Virus record (IMG/VR): IMGVR_UViG_3300049144_000149
Location: 1 to 49,745 of that record
Reading direction: 5' to 3' (one strand)
DNA from: a virus
Taxonomy: Duplodnaviria > Caudoviricetes
DNA: 49,745 nucleotides
Position numbers and translations under genes: made by a program. The notes under the pieces are model-generated. The model saw only the letters and a list, made by a program, of their open reading frames with translations, was not told the DNA's origin and searched no databases. How positions within the stretch are numbered: the first letter of the stretch is position 1; the number at the start of each line of letters is the position of its first letter. This document shows positions 18,685 to 27,501 of the stretch, in pieces.

Positions 18685-18772
18685 GTGTCTACTCCTATGA
18701 AATCCGTCGCTAAGGGCCGGACTCGACTCCCCTGGCGGCCGTGTGCTTGTCTGATCCCCTTTGGAGGGGACG

Positions 18773-19345
18773 ATGAATTCGTCAGAAAGAATGAGTGGCG
18801 GCCAGTTTTACGCTCTAATTGGCTACTGCATTAACCAGTGGGCTTATGTCGATCAGACCCTAGCCGACTTCTGTCACCACGCTCTGGGATCTGATCTGAA
18901 GCGCTCATTCGTCGTCTACTATTACCAGAACGGCTTTGGGAGCAGGCTCAACCTTGTTTCAAAGTTGCTATCCACTCACGAACTGTCCGACGAGCACGCG
19001 CAGATTTGGAAGAGGCTTCGAGACAAGCTTCAGGAACTAGCGGGCTTCCGGAATGCCATTGCACATAGTCCGGTCCGATCTGTATCAGAGACCCGACTGG
19101 TAGAAGACGGTGGACAAAATGAAGGTGAGCCTCGCTACATCAGCCAATCTTGGTGGGAAGTCTATTCCGAGCAGAACGAGGTTCTGACAGGGAAGAAGGA
19201 AAAGATCTTCACTCAGGTTCATGTGATGGCTCATCTGAGCGAACTACAAAACTGCCATCAGCAGCTCGTCGAGCTTCTAATTGCAATCGGCGGTACGCAA
19301 ACCCAGCTTCCAGGATCCCCTCAATCAGCAGATCCTCTCCCGTAG
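18773..19345 (+). CDS. HEPN-like (RxxxxH) protein, moron
   Basis: RNAIAH motif in a helical protein; GGAGGG RBS; antisense to tail operon. Confidence 0.65.
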   Translation: MNSSERMSGGQFYALIGYCINQWAYVDQTLADFCHHALGSDLKRSFVVYYYQNGFGSRLNLVSKLLSTHELSDEHAQIWKRLRDKLQELAGFRNAIAHSPVRSVSETRLVEDGGQNEGEPRYISQSWWEVYSEQNEVLTGKKEKIFTQVHVMAHLSELQNCHQQLVELLIAIGGTQTQLPGSPQSADPLP

Positions 19346-19423
19346 GATCGAGCTCGAAGTAGATTGAGAACTTCTCAAGGACAGGTCGACATGCCTCAAC
19401 CATGTCTGCGGTGACCTCACCCA

Positions 19424-19960
19424 TCACGACACCTGCAGGAGGCTCGGGAAGCGAACCATGTCATAGACCTCGCGCATTACGCGCATGTTCTGCGGGCGGG
19501 CGATGGCGAGTTGCCCCTCAAGCTGCCGTGCCGTGCGCTTCACGTTGCGCAGGATCAGCTTGTAGGGCCCCTGCCCGACCGTCATGGGATCGGACGCCAG
19601 ATAGCCGCGGAAGATTGCCTGAATGGGCGTGTTCATCTTCACGGCCTCATGCAGGTAGCGGGAGGCTTCCCGGTTCACGTTGTCGAGCCGGATGGTGGCC
19701 TCAGCACCGAGGTTGCCAATGCGAGGATAGTCGATCTCGAAAGGAATGGCCTTGAAGAGCACGACGGTACCTCCGCCCACCGGTGCGCCATCCTCCAGGC
19801 GGAAGCTGACATCGACGGTATTGCGCACGGCGCGGATCGGGGCAGGAGCGCCATTCTCCACAAAGGTCGGATGGATCAGCTCAATCGTGATGAGCATGAC
19901 CTCATCCTTGGGCGCGGAGGCGGCGGCCTCGGCCCAGGCTTGCGTTGCGGAAATCGGCAC
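19424..19960 (-). CDS. DUF1833-like tail protein (gpL position)
   Basis: TIELIHP...IRAVRN...RFPSL. Confidence 0.78.
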   Translation of the reverse strand: MPISATQAWAEAAASAPKDEVMLITIELIHPTFVENGAPAPIRAVRNTVDVSFRLEDGAPVGGGTVVLFKAIPFEIDYPRIGNLGAEATIRLDNVNREASRYLHEAVKMNTPIQAIFRGYLASDPMTVGQGPYKLILRNVKRTARQLEGQLAIARPQNMRVMREVYDMVRFPSLLQVS

Positions 19961-20332
19961 TTAGAGATCCCAAACGTCGAGGGAGAAGGAGACGTGAATT
20001 TTGTTGCCCATACGGTTCGCGGTGTATCGTCCGCCCTCGCGAAGCTTGACCCGCCGCACAGGGCATGCGGTGAGATCCCAGACCGGCATCTCGAACTCGG
20101 CCGCCCCATGCGAGAGGGTATCGCGCACGAAGGCCTTGAAGGTCTGGAACTGCGCCGTGGTCATCGGGATGGTGCGGTCGACAACACCGATCACTGTCGT
20201 GAACTGACGACGGGTTCGGACGTTGCCCGCCGTCATCTCGCTTTCAAGCACGCCGCGGAACGGCTCTTGAATGGCAGATGACGTGAGCGGGGTATGCGGC
20301 ACAGTGGCCGGCCATGCGGGGCGAGCCATCAA
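19961..20332 (-). CDS. Distal tail protein (gpM-like)
   Basis: WP..P...ESEM.AG..R.RR.FT; follows TMP. Confidence 0.72.
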   Translation of the reverse strand: MMARPAWPATVPHTPLTSSAIQEPFRGVLESEMTAGNVRTRRQFTTVIGVVDRTIPMTTAQFQTFKAFVRDTLSHGAAEFEMPVWDLTACPVRRVKLREGGRYTANRMGNKIHVSFSLDVWDL

Positions 20333-22311
20333 CGGCCTCCCATCGGGGAAACACCGAAGCGGCCCTTGAGCGACCTATCGAGCTTGCCGCTGGAGATCAT
20401 GCCGCTGAGCGCCTGCTCAAGCTGCACCTCGAGACGCGGCCCCTGCGGAGTGTTCGTCTGCCGGGTCTGCACTTCCGCGCCTGCATTGTTGATGATCTGG
20501 ACCTGCATGCCGCCGCTTGATCCGCCGCGAGGAAGGGCATGGTTCGGAATGATCGTCCCGTTCCGTCCGAAGGTAGCAAGCTCAGGGCCGTTCTCGCCCA
20601 CGAGGTAGGTCTTGCCGGATTGGACAGAGCCGCCTGAAGCGCGCGCCCCGCCGAAACTGCCGAACAAGGAGGAGAAGATGTTTCCGCCGCCGCCCGCCCC
20701 GCCGAACATCCCCTTCAACGCAGAGTCGAGCGCCAAATCAAGGAGTCGGTCGCCCACTCGCTTGAGAGCGTTCTGCAGAGCGTCCGCTGCACTCGCTCCG
20801 TCCATGAGATCGGACACGAAGCCCTTGATCGTGGAACTGGCAAGCTGCTGAAGTTCTTGCTGCGTGGCGTTGGCCGACTTCAGTTTGTCGCTCATCTGAG
20901 CATAGGCTTCTGCCAGCTGCTCGACGTTCGCTCTCTGCTCACCCGAAAGAGTGACACCCTCCCGCTGAAGAGCGTTTTCGACTTGCATGATCGTGCGGGC
21001 TTTTTCCCGCTCGACGTTGCTCTTGCCACGCATCTCGAACTCAAGTTCAAGCGCGCGGGTGGCGTTCTGAATATCCGTGATCTCCTGAGCATAGGCTTCC
21101 CGCCTACGTTCAGCATCGCTTTCGGCCCGCCGTGCCGCCTGCTCCGACTTCCGTTCGGCCTCCCTGCGGGCTTTCTCGGCCGCCGCCTCTGCTTCACGGT
21201 CCCGGAGACGCTGCTGGGCCTCAAGATAGGCACTATCAACCTGCGCCCGCTCGCCGGGGGTGCGGGCATTCTCTATCGCTCGCTTGTAGGCCTCCTCGGC
21301 CCTGAACTCCCCTGTGGTCGGCAGGCCGATCTTGGCCAGATCAGACAAAGCGCTCTTGAGTTCTTTGACGGATCCAACCTGCCCCGCGGCAACATCACCG
21401 ATGAGGCCGATGGCACGCCGAGCCGTCTCAAGGGCGGTCTCAACGTCATAGGCCTCCTTCGACAGGGAGAGCAGTTCGGCGCCCAGCTTGGCGATCTTCT
21501 CATCGCCCGTATTCTGGTTCACAATCTCCGCAACGGCTGCCTGGAACGCCCGGATATTCGGGGTGCCGTTCTTGGCCTCGTCGCGCAGTCGCTGGATTGC
21601 GGCGGCGAATGCGTCGTACTTGGCCGCCGCCTGATCCACTTCCGCGGTATCGACCTCAATCGTGCCGATATTGGTCATAACGCCGCTGGGCGTGGCGCTC
21701 GCGGCCCGGCCGATGGTCGTGGCAAGCTTTTCTAGATCGTCCTGAAGCTTGACGATCGAGGCGCGGGTCTGTGCCTCAAGGACGGCTGTGCTCTGCTTGG
21801 CATAGTCCTCAAGCCCCTCGGCCGCCTCGCCATAGGCATCCTTGATCTGCTTGATGAGGTCGGCATGCGTCTTCAGGCGGTCGTCCAGCGTCTCGGTGTC
21901 GCTAACCATGCCCGAGACATACTGGATCGCGGCGCCACCGAGGGCGATGATGCCGATCGTCGCGAGACTGATCGGGCTCACGACCGAAGCGAAGGCCGCG
22001 CCAAGCGACTTCACCGCACCAGCCGCGCCGCCCTTGCTCTCACCCAGGACAGCCGCGATCTGCGTTCCCTGCTGAAGGGCCACGGTGAGAGGCGAGGTGC
22101 CGCTCGCCAGCTGGACGCCGATATCCTGAAACTGTGCCGCCAGGTTGGCCGTCTGCCCCTGAAGGTTGTCGTTGACCGCCTTGAAGCGGCCCTCGATCTT
22201 CCGGGTTTCCTTCTCGACCGATCCTGTAAGCTTCTGCAGCTCCTTGTTGAAGGTCGTGAACCTCGCCTCCATGGAGACGACAAGGCGTTGCATATCGACA
22301 GCTTCAGCCAT
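20329..22311 (-). CDS. Tail tape measure protein
   Basis: QFQDIGVQLASG.SPL..ALQQG motif; C-terminal GG.V..G..YLVGENGPEL. Confidence 0.92.
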   Translation of the reverse strand: MAEAVDMQRLVVSMEARFTTFNKELQKLTGSVEKETRKIEGRFKAVNDNLQGQTANLAAQFQDIGVQLASGTSPLTVALQQGTQIAAVLGESKGGAAGAVKSLGAAFASVVSPISLATIGIIALGGAAIQYVSGMVSDTETLDDRLKTHADLIKQIKDAYGEAAEGLEDYAKQSTAVLEAQTRASIVKLQDDLEKLATTIGRAASATPSGVMTNIGTIEVDTAEVDQAAAKYDAFAAAIQRLRDEAKNGTPNIRAFQAAVAEIVNQNTGDEKIAKLGAELLSLSKEAYDVETALETARRAIGLIGDVAAGQVGSVKELKSALSDLAKIGLPTTGEFRAEEAYKRAIENARTPGERAQVDSAYLEAQQRLRDREAEAAAEKARREAERKSEQAARRAESDAERRREAYAQEITDIQNATRALELEFEMRGKSNVEREKARTIMQVENALQREGVTLSGEQRANVEQLAEAYAQMSDKLKSANATQQELQQLASSTIKGFVSDLMDGASAADALQNALKRVGDRLLDLALDSALKGMFGGAGGGGNIFSSLFGSFGGARASGGSVQSGKTYLVGENGPELATFGRNGTIIPNHALPRGGSSGGMQVQIINNAGAEVQTRQTNTPQGPRLEVQLEQALSGMISSGKLDRSLKGRFGVSPMGGR

Positions 22312-22540
22312 TGGATCCTAGCCTCTCCACGAGGTCGTAATACTCTTCAGCCGTTGGGGCTTCGATGGGCTCTTCAGCCCCCTGTGAGGTATTCCAGCCA
22401 TCAACCGCGGCCGCGAACTCCCAGAGGGTCATCTCGCGGACTTGTGCGGGCGTGAACCCTACGACTGCGCCTGTTCCATAGAGGGCGGCGGCGGAGAGGC
22501 GTTCAGCCCCGGCGCTTCCGTCGCCGCGTCGTCTTTTCCC
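22304..22540 (-). CDS. Tail assembly chaperone GT extension via -1 frameshift
   Basis: G GGA AAA slippery site at 22540-22534; -1 frame open to a TGA overlapping the TMP start (…GFTPAQVREMTLWEFAAAVDGW…). Confidence 0.8.
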   Translation of the reverse strand, partial: GKRRRGDGSAGAERLSAAALYGTGAVVGFTPAQVREMTLWEFAAAVDGWNTSQGAEEPIEAPTAEEYYDLVERLGSNG

Positions 22541-22860
22541 ACTTGCTCGCGGGTGTCGCCCACAAGGGCCTTCAGGAGGATCGCCCGCGCTAGAATAGCC
22601 GCCTCGAGCAACCGGCCGGGAACGACGTTCTCCTCAACGAGGCTCTTGGCTCGCTTGGCATCCGAGCCGCCGCCCATGAGGCCGAGGCGGATGGGTTCTT
22701 TGAGGTCGGCAATGCGCCATTCGCCGCTGCCGATCCGGTTCAGGACCGCAGCACAGCCGCAGTCGAGTTTCTCTTCCAGGGCGAGCAGCTCGCCAATGCC
22801 CAGACGGAAGACGCGCTCGTCTCCCGCCCAGACCTGTTCAAACGATGCGTCAGAACTCAC
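22459..22860 (-). CDS. Tail assembly chaperone (GTA gp10-like)
   Basis: FRLGIGELLALEE...IRLGLMGGG; between tube and TMP genes. Confidence 0.82.
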   Translation of the reverse strand: MSSDASFEQVWAGDERVFRLGIGELLALEEKLDCGCAAVLNRIGSGEWRIADLKEPIRLGLMGGGSDAKRAKSLVEENVVPGRLLEAAILARAILLKALVGDTREQVGKDDAATEAPGLNASPPPPSMEQAQS

Positions 22861-23300
22861 GGAGTCACCGGCACGACGTTAACCGGACCGTCCGAGGTGA
22901 GCTCAATCTCGTACTGGATCAGGCCGTCTTGGTCGCCAGTGATGTTGAACGTGGTGAGGTGATACTTGCCCTCGTAGGTGCGCGGGCCGACTGCGTAGTC
23001 GATCACCACGCGGACATTACGCGAGTCCACGTCTTCGAAGAACTCTTCCCAGGTCGTGATACTCTCCTGCGCCAGCGTGCCCGAGCCGGTGATGCCGGAA
23101 GACAGGGCACCCTTGGCTCTCTCCGTCCAAACCGGCGCGTCGGGATCGGAGCAGTCAGCGACGTTGAAGTCGTTCGTGGAGGCCGAGCGGTTGAAGGACT
23201 TCGTATTCAGGGCGCAGGGAGCGGCGAAGACTTCAGGATCGGCACCGTCACCGATCATGATAAGCAGCTTGGAGCCGCGCAGGGTAGTTGGGCGAGCCAT
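22857..23300 (-). CDS. Major tail tube protein
   Basis: IGDGADPEVF..PC.L...ITGSG...LTSDG. Confidence 0.88.
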   Translation of the reverse strand: MARPTTLRGSKLLIMIGDGADPEVFAAPCALNTKSFNRSASTNDFNVADCSDPDAPVWTERAKGALSSGITGSGTLAQESITTWEEFFEDVDSRNVRVVIDYAVGPRTYEGKYHLTTFNITGDQDGLIQYEIELTSDGPVNVVPVTP

Positions 23301-23320
23301 TACAGTTCTCCAGTTGGGGG

Positions 23321-23719
23321 TTAGTCTTTGGGCTGGGTCAGAGCCCGGAGCTGGATGCGAGCGCGGCTCGTCAATCCATCGGGGTCACGTTCGTACGTGA
23401 TGCTTTCGATCTTCATCAATTCCAGCGTGTGGTCGGCGAGCGTCAGCGTGCCATTGTGCAGGCGCCCGCGGACAGCCGAGGCGATCTGCTTGACCTGCGG
23501 ATAGCCGACCTCGCGCGACCAGGCGTCGATCTGGATCGTGCTTTCGGTGCCTTCGTAGCAGTCCTCATCGACCGGCACGGACTGACCACCGCCCACCGTG
23601 ATGCGCGGGAAGGGGTCACGATCCGGCACGCGGTCAAAGACATTGACGCCCGCAGGTGATGGGGTGGCCTTGAGAGCTGAGATGATCGCGCCCTGTAGGT
23701 CGAGTGATGGATCGCTCAT
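23321..23719 (-). CDS. Tail completion protein (DUF3168-like)
   Basis: LQGAI..AL...VFDRVP...IDAWSR. Confidence 0.85.
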   Translation of the reverse strand: MSDPSLDLQGAIISALKATPSPAGVNVFDRVPDRDPFPRITVGGGQSVPVDEDCYEGTESTIQIDAWSREVGYPQVKQIASAVRGRLHNGTLTLADHTLELMKIESITYERDPDGLTSRARIQLRALTQPKD

Positions 23720-24132
23720 GATTTGCTTGCAATTGCCCTAGCGGCCTTGCGGGTGGCTCTGGTGAGCCGACTGCGCACGCGACGACGCACAGTGCGATAG
23801 GCGGGGAAGAAGAAGGGTCGGCCGACCATTTTCACCGTGCCGAACTCGACCCATCTCGAATAGTACGCACGCTCATTGCCGGCGTAGACGATGACGCGGA
23901 GGTCTGCCTCTTCGGACTCGGCCTCTGCCAGCACCATCGATCCTTTCGGTGCCTTGCCGAAGGTCCAGCCGATCGAAGCCTTCAGGTCGCCCTGATCGAC
24001 AGGAACCAAGCGGCGGGCAAAGTCGGCAATCTCTTCCGCATTCTGCTCAAGCGCCGCTCGGATCTCGTTCTTGGCAGCATCAGGCAGAGCTTTGAGCTTT
24101 GCCCGAAGTTGCGCCACGCCCTCTACGGCCAT
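23716..24132 (-). CDS. HK97 gp10-family neck/tail protein
   Basis: PVDQGDLKASI; WVEFGT.KM..RPFFFPA. Confidence 0.88.
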   Translation of the reverse strand: MAVEGVAQLRAKLKALPDAAKNEIRAALEQNAEEIADFARRLVPVDQGDLKASIGWTFGKAPKGSMVLAEAESEEADLRVIVYAGNERAYYSRWVEFGTVKMVGRPFFFPAYRTVRRRVRSRLTRATRKAARAIASKS

Positions 24133-24135
24133 GGA

Positions 24136-24321
24136 TCAGGCCTTGGCTTTGCTCTCGGCCTTCGTCGGGGTCTCGGCCACGTCCTCGATCACGCCGGCAG
24201 CCTTGGCCGCCTCATAGTGCGTTTCGGGGATGCGGTAGTCCTTGCCCGCTTTGTAGGCGATGTGGGCTTGGTTGGTAGCGCGGAAGGTATAGTCCTTCGT
24301 GAACTTCACTTTCTGGGCCAT
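24136..24321 (-). CDS. Small virion-region hypothetical protein
   Basis: VKFTKDY...AYKAG; in operon. Confidence 0.65.
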   Translation of the reverse strand: MAQKVKFTKDYTFRATNQAHIAYKAGKDYRIPETHYEAAKAAGVIEDVAETPTKAESKAKA

Positions 24322-24332
24322 GGTGCTTCTCC

Positions 24333-24686
24333 TTAAGTGGCTGTGCCGAGGATGCAGTCGAGGATGAGACGAAGCCGACGCCCGTCAGGGTCTCGGCAAT
24401 CACGAATGTTGTACTGCTCTTCCGGCTTGCGGGCGTTGATCGCACGCCAATCCGGTTGAATTTGCTCAGTTGCCGGTAAGCAAGGGATGGTGATCTGCAT
24501 GGGTCGAACCCCCTGCAGACGCTGGGCAAGCACTTCCTCGCGGCCTTTCGCTGGCTCAATGCGGGCGACTACCGTGAACTGATCCACCCAGCCGCCCGTC
24601 TCGTTGCCGTACTCGTCCGAGACAGTTGCTCGCTTCTGCAGCCTGATCGAATGAGGGTAAGAGGTGATCCTGCGCATGGGGCTCAC
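24333..24686 (-). CDS. Head-tail adaptor / head closure protein
   Basis: DEYGN...W....ARIEP..GRE. Confidence 0.85.
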   Translation of the reverse strand: MSPMRRITSYPHSIRLQKRATVSDEYGNETGGWVDQFTVVARIEPAKGREEVLAQRLQGVRPMQITIPCLPATEQIQPDWRAINARKPEEQYNIRDCRDPDGRRLRLILDCILGTAT

Positions 24687-24979
24687 GCGATCGAGGGCAT
24701 GCGGTGGAAGCGGAGGATTTCGACCACCGTGCGGGACAGGACGGCATCACCGTTCTCGCTGCCCTCCAGATGATAGTAGAGATCGTACAGGACGAACTTG
24801 GTTGCCGCCTTGATGTCGGCAGGAGCGGTCTCGGGCGTCCAGGCAGCGTCTGTTGCCTTGATGTGTCTCAGGACAATGACCGAAGCCTCTTCAATCTTCT
24901 GCGTGACGGTCGCATCACGGTCGTTAAATCCGTCCAAGCCGAGATGGGCCTTGGCCTCTTCAAGCGTGATCAGAGCCAT
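24683..24979 (-). CDS. Head-tail connector (gp6-like)
   Basis: LITLEEAKAHL...IKAA. Confidence 0.85.
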   Translation of the reverse strand: MALITLEEAKAHLGLDGFNDRDATVTQKIEEASVIVLRHIKATDAAWTPETAPADIKAATKFVLYDLYYHLEGSENGDAVLSRTVVEILRFHRMPSIA

Positions 24980-24980
24980 C

Positions 24981-25850
24981 TCAGGCCACCTTTCCCGGGA
25001 CGCCGACGCGCACCGGCTCGCTGGGCTTGGCATCCTTCACCACGCCGTCGCGGCCATCCCTGCCCTTCTTCACCGCAAGGCGCCAATCGCCGCCCTCGCC
25101 TGGCTTAGACGAGGTGTCCTTTTGGGCAATCCAGAAGGATCCGCCCCAGGTAGCGCCGTCACCGGCCTTGTAGTCCTTGCCTTCGGCATAGATGCCGCGA
25201 TCGATCACGACCGGGAGCGTGAAGGCGTACTCCTTGACGCGCTCACCCTTGGTGAACGTCAGGGTGACGGTCTTCTCGCCGTCATAGGAGGCTTCCAGAT
25301 CATCGAAGCCGAAGCCGTCCGTTCCAGGCTTGCCGGGTTCGCCGTCCTTGCCCACCACAGGGCCGAGGTTTCGGGTCTCGCCATTCGTGAGGGTCACGAC
25401 AAGCTCGCCAGACCGATCAATGATCGCGCCCGCGAGTCCGGCCCCATCCTTGCCGGGTTCACCGTCCTTGGGCGCGGGAAGCTCGCTGACGCGCTTCTCG
25501 ATCTCAGAGACAATGACTGGAATGATCTCCTCAACCGTGACGCTCTTGCCGTCCTGCGGCGCGGGAATGGCAGAAACCGCCTTCTGAACCTCTTCCGTCA
25601 CGATGGCCGGGATATCAGGCAGCGCCGGCAGTTCAATGGCCTCAATGGCCGCCTTCAAGCCCGAGATCTCCTCGGCAATGATCTGCCGTACCTCGCCAAG
25701 ATCCGCATCCTTGCCGTCTCGCGGCGCAGGTAACTCATTGAGCCGCCTCTCTATCGCATCTATGCGAGACAGGAGCGGGGTCAGTTCCTTGCCCACGAAC
25801 TCTTTCACGACGCCGACGATCTCCAGGCCGAAGGCTTTTCCATCGAACAT
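24981..25850 (-). CDS. Portal-adjacent protein with short collagen-like repeats
   Basis: DGKD/DGEPGKDG repeats; RG.Y...Y..GD..TWGGS.W...WRLAVKKGRDG. Confidence 0.8.
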   Translation of the reverse strand: MFDGKAFGLEIVGVVKEFVGKELTPLLSRIDAIERRLNELPAPRDGKDADLGEVRQIIAEEISGLKAAIEAIELPALPDIPAIVTEEVQKAVSAIPAPQDGKSVTVEEIIPVIVSEIEKRVSELPAPKDGEPGKDGAGLAGAIIDRSGELVVTLTNGETRNLGPVVGKDGEPGKPGTDGFGFDDLEASYDGEKTVTLTFTKGERVKEYAFTLPVVIDRGIYAEGKDYKAGDGATWGGSFWIAQKDTSSKPGEGGDWRLAVKKGRDGRDGVVKDAKPSEPVRVGVPGKVA

Positions 25851-27199
25851 CAGCGCAGTCCCTTATAGATTTCGACCAGAGCGGCCCTGGCCTCGGCTTC
25901 CATCGCGTTATCGTTAGCCGGGGGCTCCGACTCTCTTGCAGGCGCCGTCCCAAAAGGATCCTCCTGCGCATCACGCCGCGCCAGAGCCTCTAGGCTGTAA
26001 TTCTGCTGTTGGAGATATGGGCTGTTGCCGCCCGCGACCGGCTTCAGATCTAGCTTCCTGCGGGCCTCGTTCGGGGACTTGATGCCGGCCCCGACCGCTT
26101 CCTTCTCGGCATTGATCAGCGCCGTGGTGTCCATCCGCAGGAGGTTGTCGACATCGAACTCCGTGCCGATGTTCTCGCCCATGCCGAGACCTTCATCGAG
26201 GCAAAGCTCGGCGGCCTCGATGAGCACCTGAAGGCACTGCGAATAGTACTCGATGTTGAGCGCTTCGATGTTGTTGTAGGTCGGCATCGTGCCGACACCG
26301 ATCTTGTAGGGCGGGACATGGTAGGTCGAGCAGACTACCTCGGCGGACCACTTCAATTGCTCGATGAGCTGCGAGTCGACGGCCTTCGCCTTCATAGCCT
26401 CATACTTCAGGCCATCGCCCAGGACCGCCACCTTACCCGAGTTCTTGCCTGAATAGTTGGCGTCCCAGTGCTCCTTAAGACGCTTGGCATTCTCGTCGCT
26501 GATCCCTGCCGGCGCTGTCAGAACGCCGCTCGGCTGAGCTCCGTTCTGGAAAAACAGCGCGCTGTCGTTCTGAATAGCGAGCCCCTGCGTGGCGGCAAGA
26601 CCGCCCGCGAAAATGGGCGAGAGGCCGACCAGCGGGTGAAAGAAGCAGTTAAATCGATCGTGGATCACCTCACGCGCCGGCACCGTAACGCTGGCGGGCA
26701 GGCCCGCAAGGTTGTCGGTGTTGAGTTGATAGTAGACGCTGCCGTCATCGGCCACGAGCGGGGTGACGAGGGTCCAATCCAGCACATAGAGCGCCTTGAC
26801 GACGCCGCGGCCGTCGCGCTGCTTGAGAGCAATGGTGTTGCCACGCTGCAGCTTCGACAGGATCCAGCTTTCCATGAACTGGATGCGGTTCTGAAAATGG
26901 TTCGGCTTGCGCAGCACCGGAGAATAGGCGGGGTTCGACACCTCCGACCAGATGCCGTCGCTGTCCTTCTGAACGAGCTTGATGCGCAGCTTGGAGATGT
27001 CCGACGCGATCAGCGTCCGACAGGCAAAGTCGGCATGATTGGACAGAACGGAGTCATAGCTGACTTCGACATTCCGCTGCCAGGCGCCCGCAAACGGCTC
27101 AAAAATGCGATACCACCCGCCGCGCCCTTGGCCGACAGGCGACATGGCTTTTTGGTCCGTCGCCTTGGCGCGGGTGATGTTGAGGCCAAGAAGGCGCAT
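25850..27199 (-). CDS. Portal protein (HK97 family)
   Basis: PNHFQ, VIHDR, GLSPI, FFQNGAQPSG, SPNEAR. Confidence 0.95.
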   Translation of the reverse strand: MRLLGLNITRAKATDQKAMSPVGQGRGGWYRIFEPFAGAWQRNVEVSYDSVLSNHADFACRTLIASDISKLRIKLVQKDSDGIWSEVSNPAYSPVLRKPNHFQNRIQFMESWILSKLQRGNTIALKQRDGRGVVKALYVLDWTLVTPLVADDGSVYYQLNTDNLAGLPASVTVPAREVIHDRFNCFFHPLVGLSPIFAGGLAATQGLAIQNDSALFFQNGAQPSGVLTAPAGISDENAKRLKEHWDANYSGKNSGKVAVLGDGLKYEAMKAKAVDSQLIEQLKWSAEVVCSTYHVPPYKIGVGTMPTYNNIEALNIEYYSQCLQVLIEAAELCLDEGLGMGENIGTEFDVDNLLRMDTTALINAEKEAVGAGIKSPNEARRKLDLKPVAGGNSPYLQQQNYSLEALARRDAQEDPFGTAPARESEPPANDNAMEAEARAALVEIYKGLR

Positions 27200-27202
27200 G
27201 GA

Positions 27203-27436
27203 TTAGCCCTTCGCTTCCGCGATTTTGGCTTTGAGCGTGTCAGCGTCCCAGCCGTGATAAGGCCTCTTGCCGACCGCATCCTGATACTCGTCGCGGAGGG
27301 CCTTCAGTTCCTCTTCCGGATCCAGGGGCTGGCGGGCCTGCATGTCGCGGCGGCCATAACCCAACTTGCCGAGGATCCGGGCATAGCGAGGATCTTGGGC
27401 GCGAAGGGCGCGGTCCATGTAGCTCAGAGATTTCAT
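27203..27436 (-). CDS. Head-region hypothetical protein
   Basis: GKRPYHGWDADTLKAKI motif. Confidence 0.7.
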   Translation of the reverse strand: MKSLSYMDRALRAQDPRYARILGKLGYGRRDMQARQPLDPEEELKALRDEYQDAVGKRPYHGWDADTLKAKIAEAKG

Positions 27437-27501
27437 GACGGCCTCCTATGAGGGGACCGGCCGCGAGAGATCGCGACCGGCCGTGATGTTCAGGCTACCG
27501 A

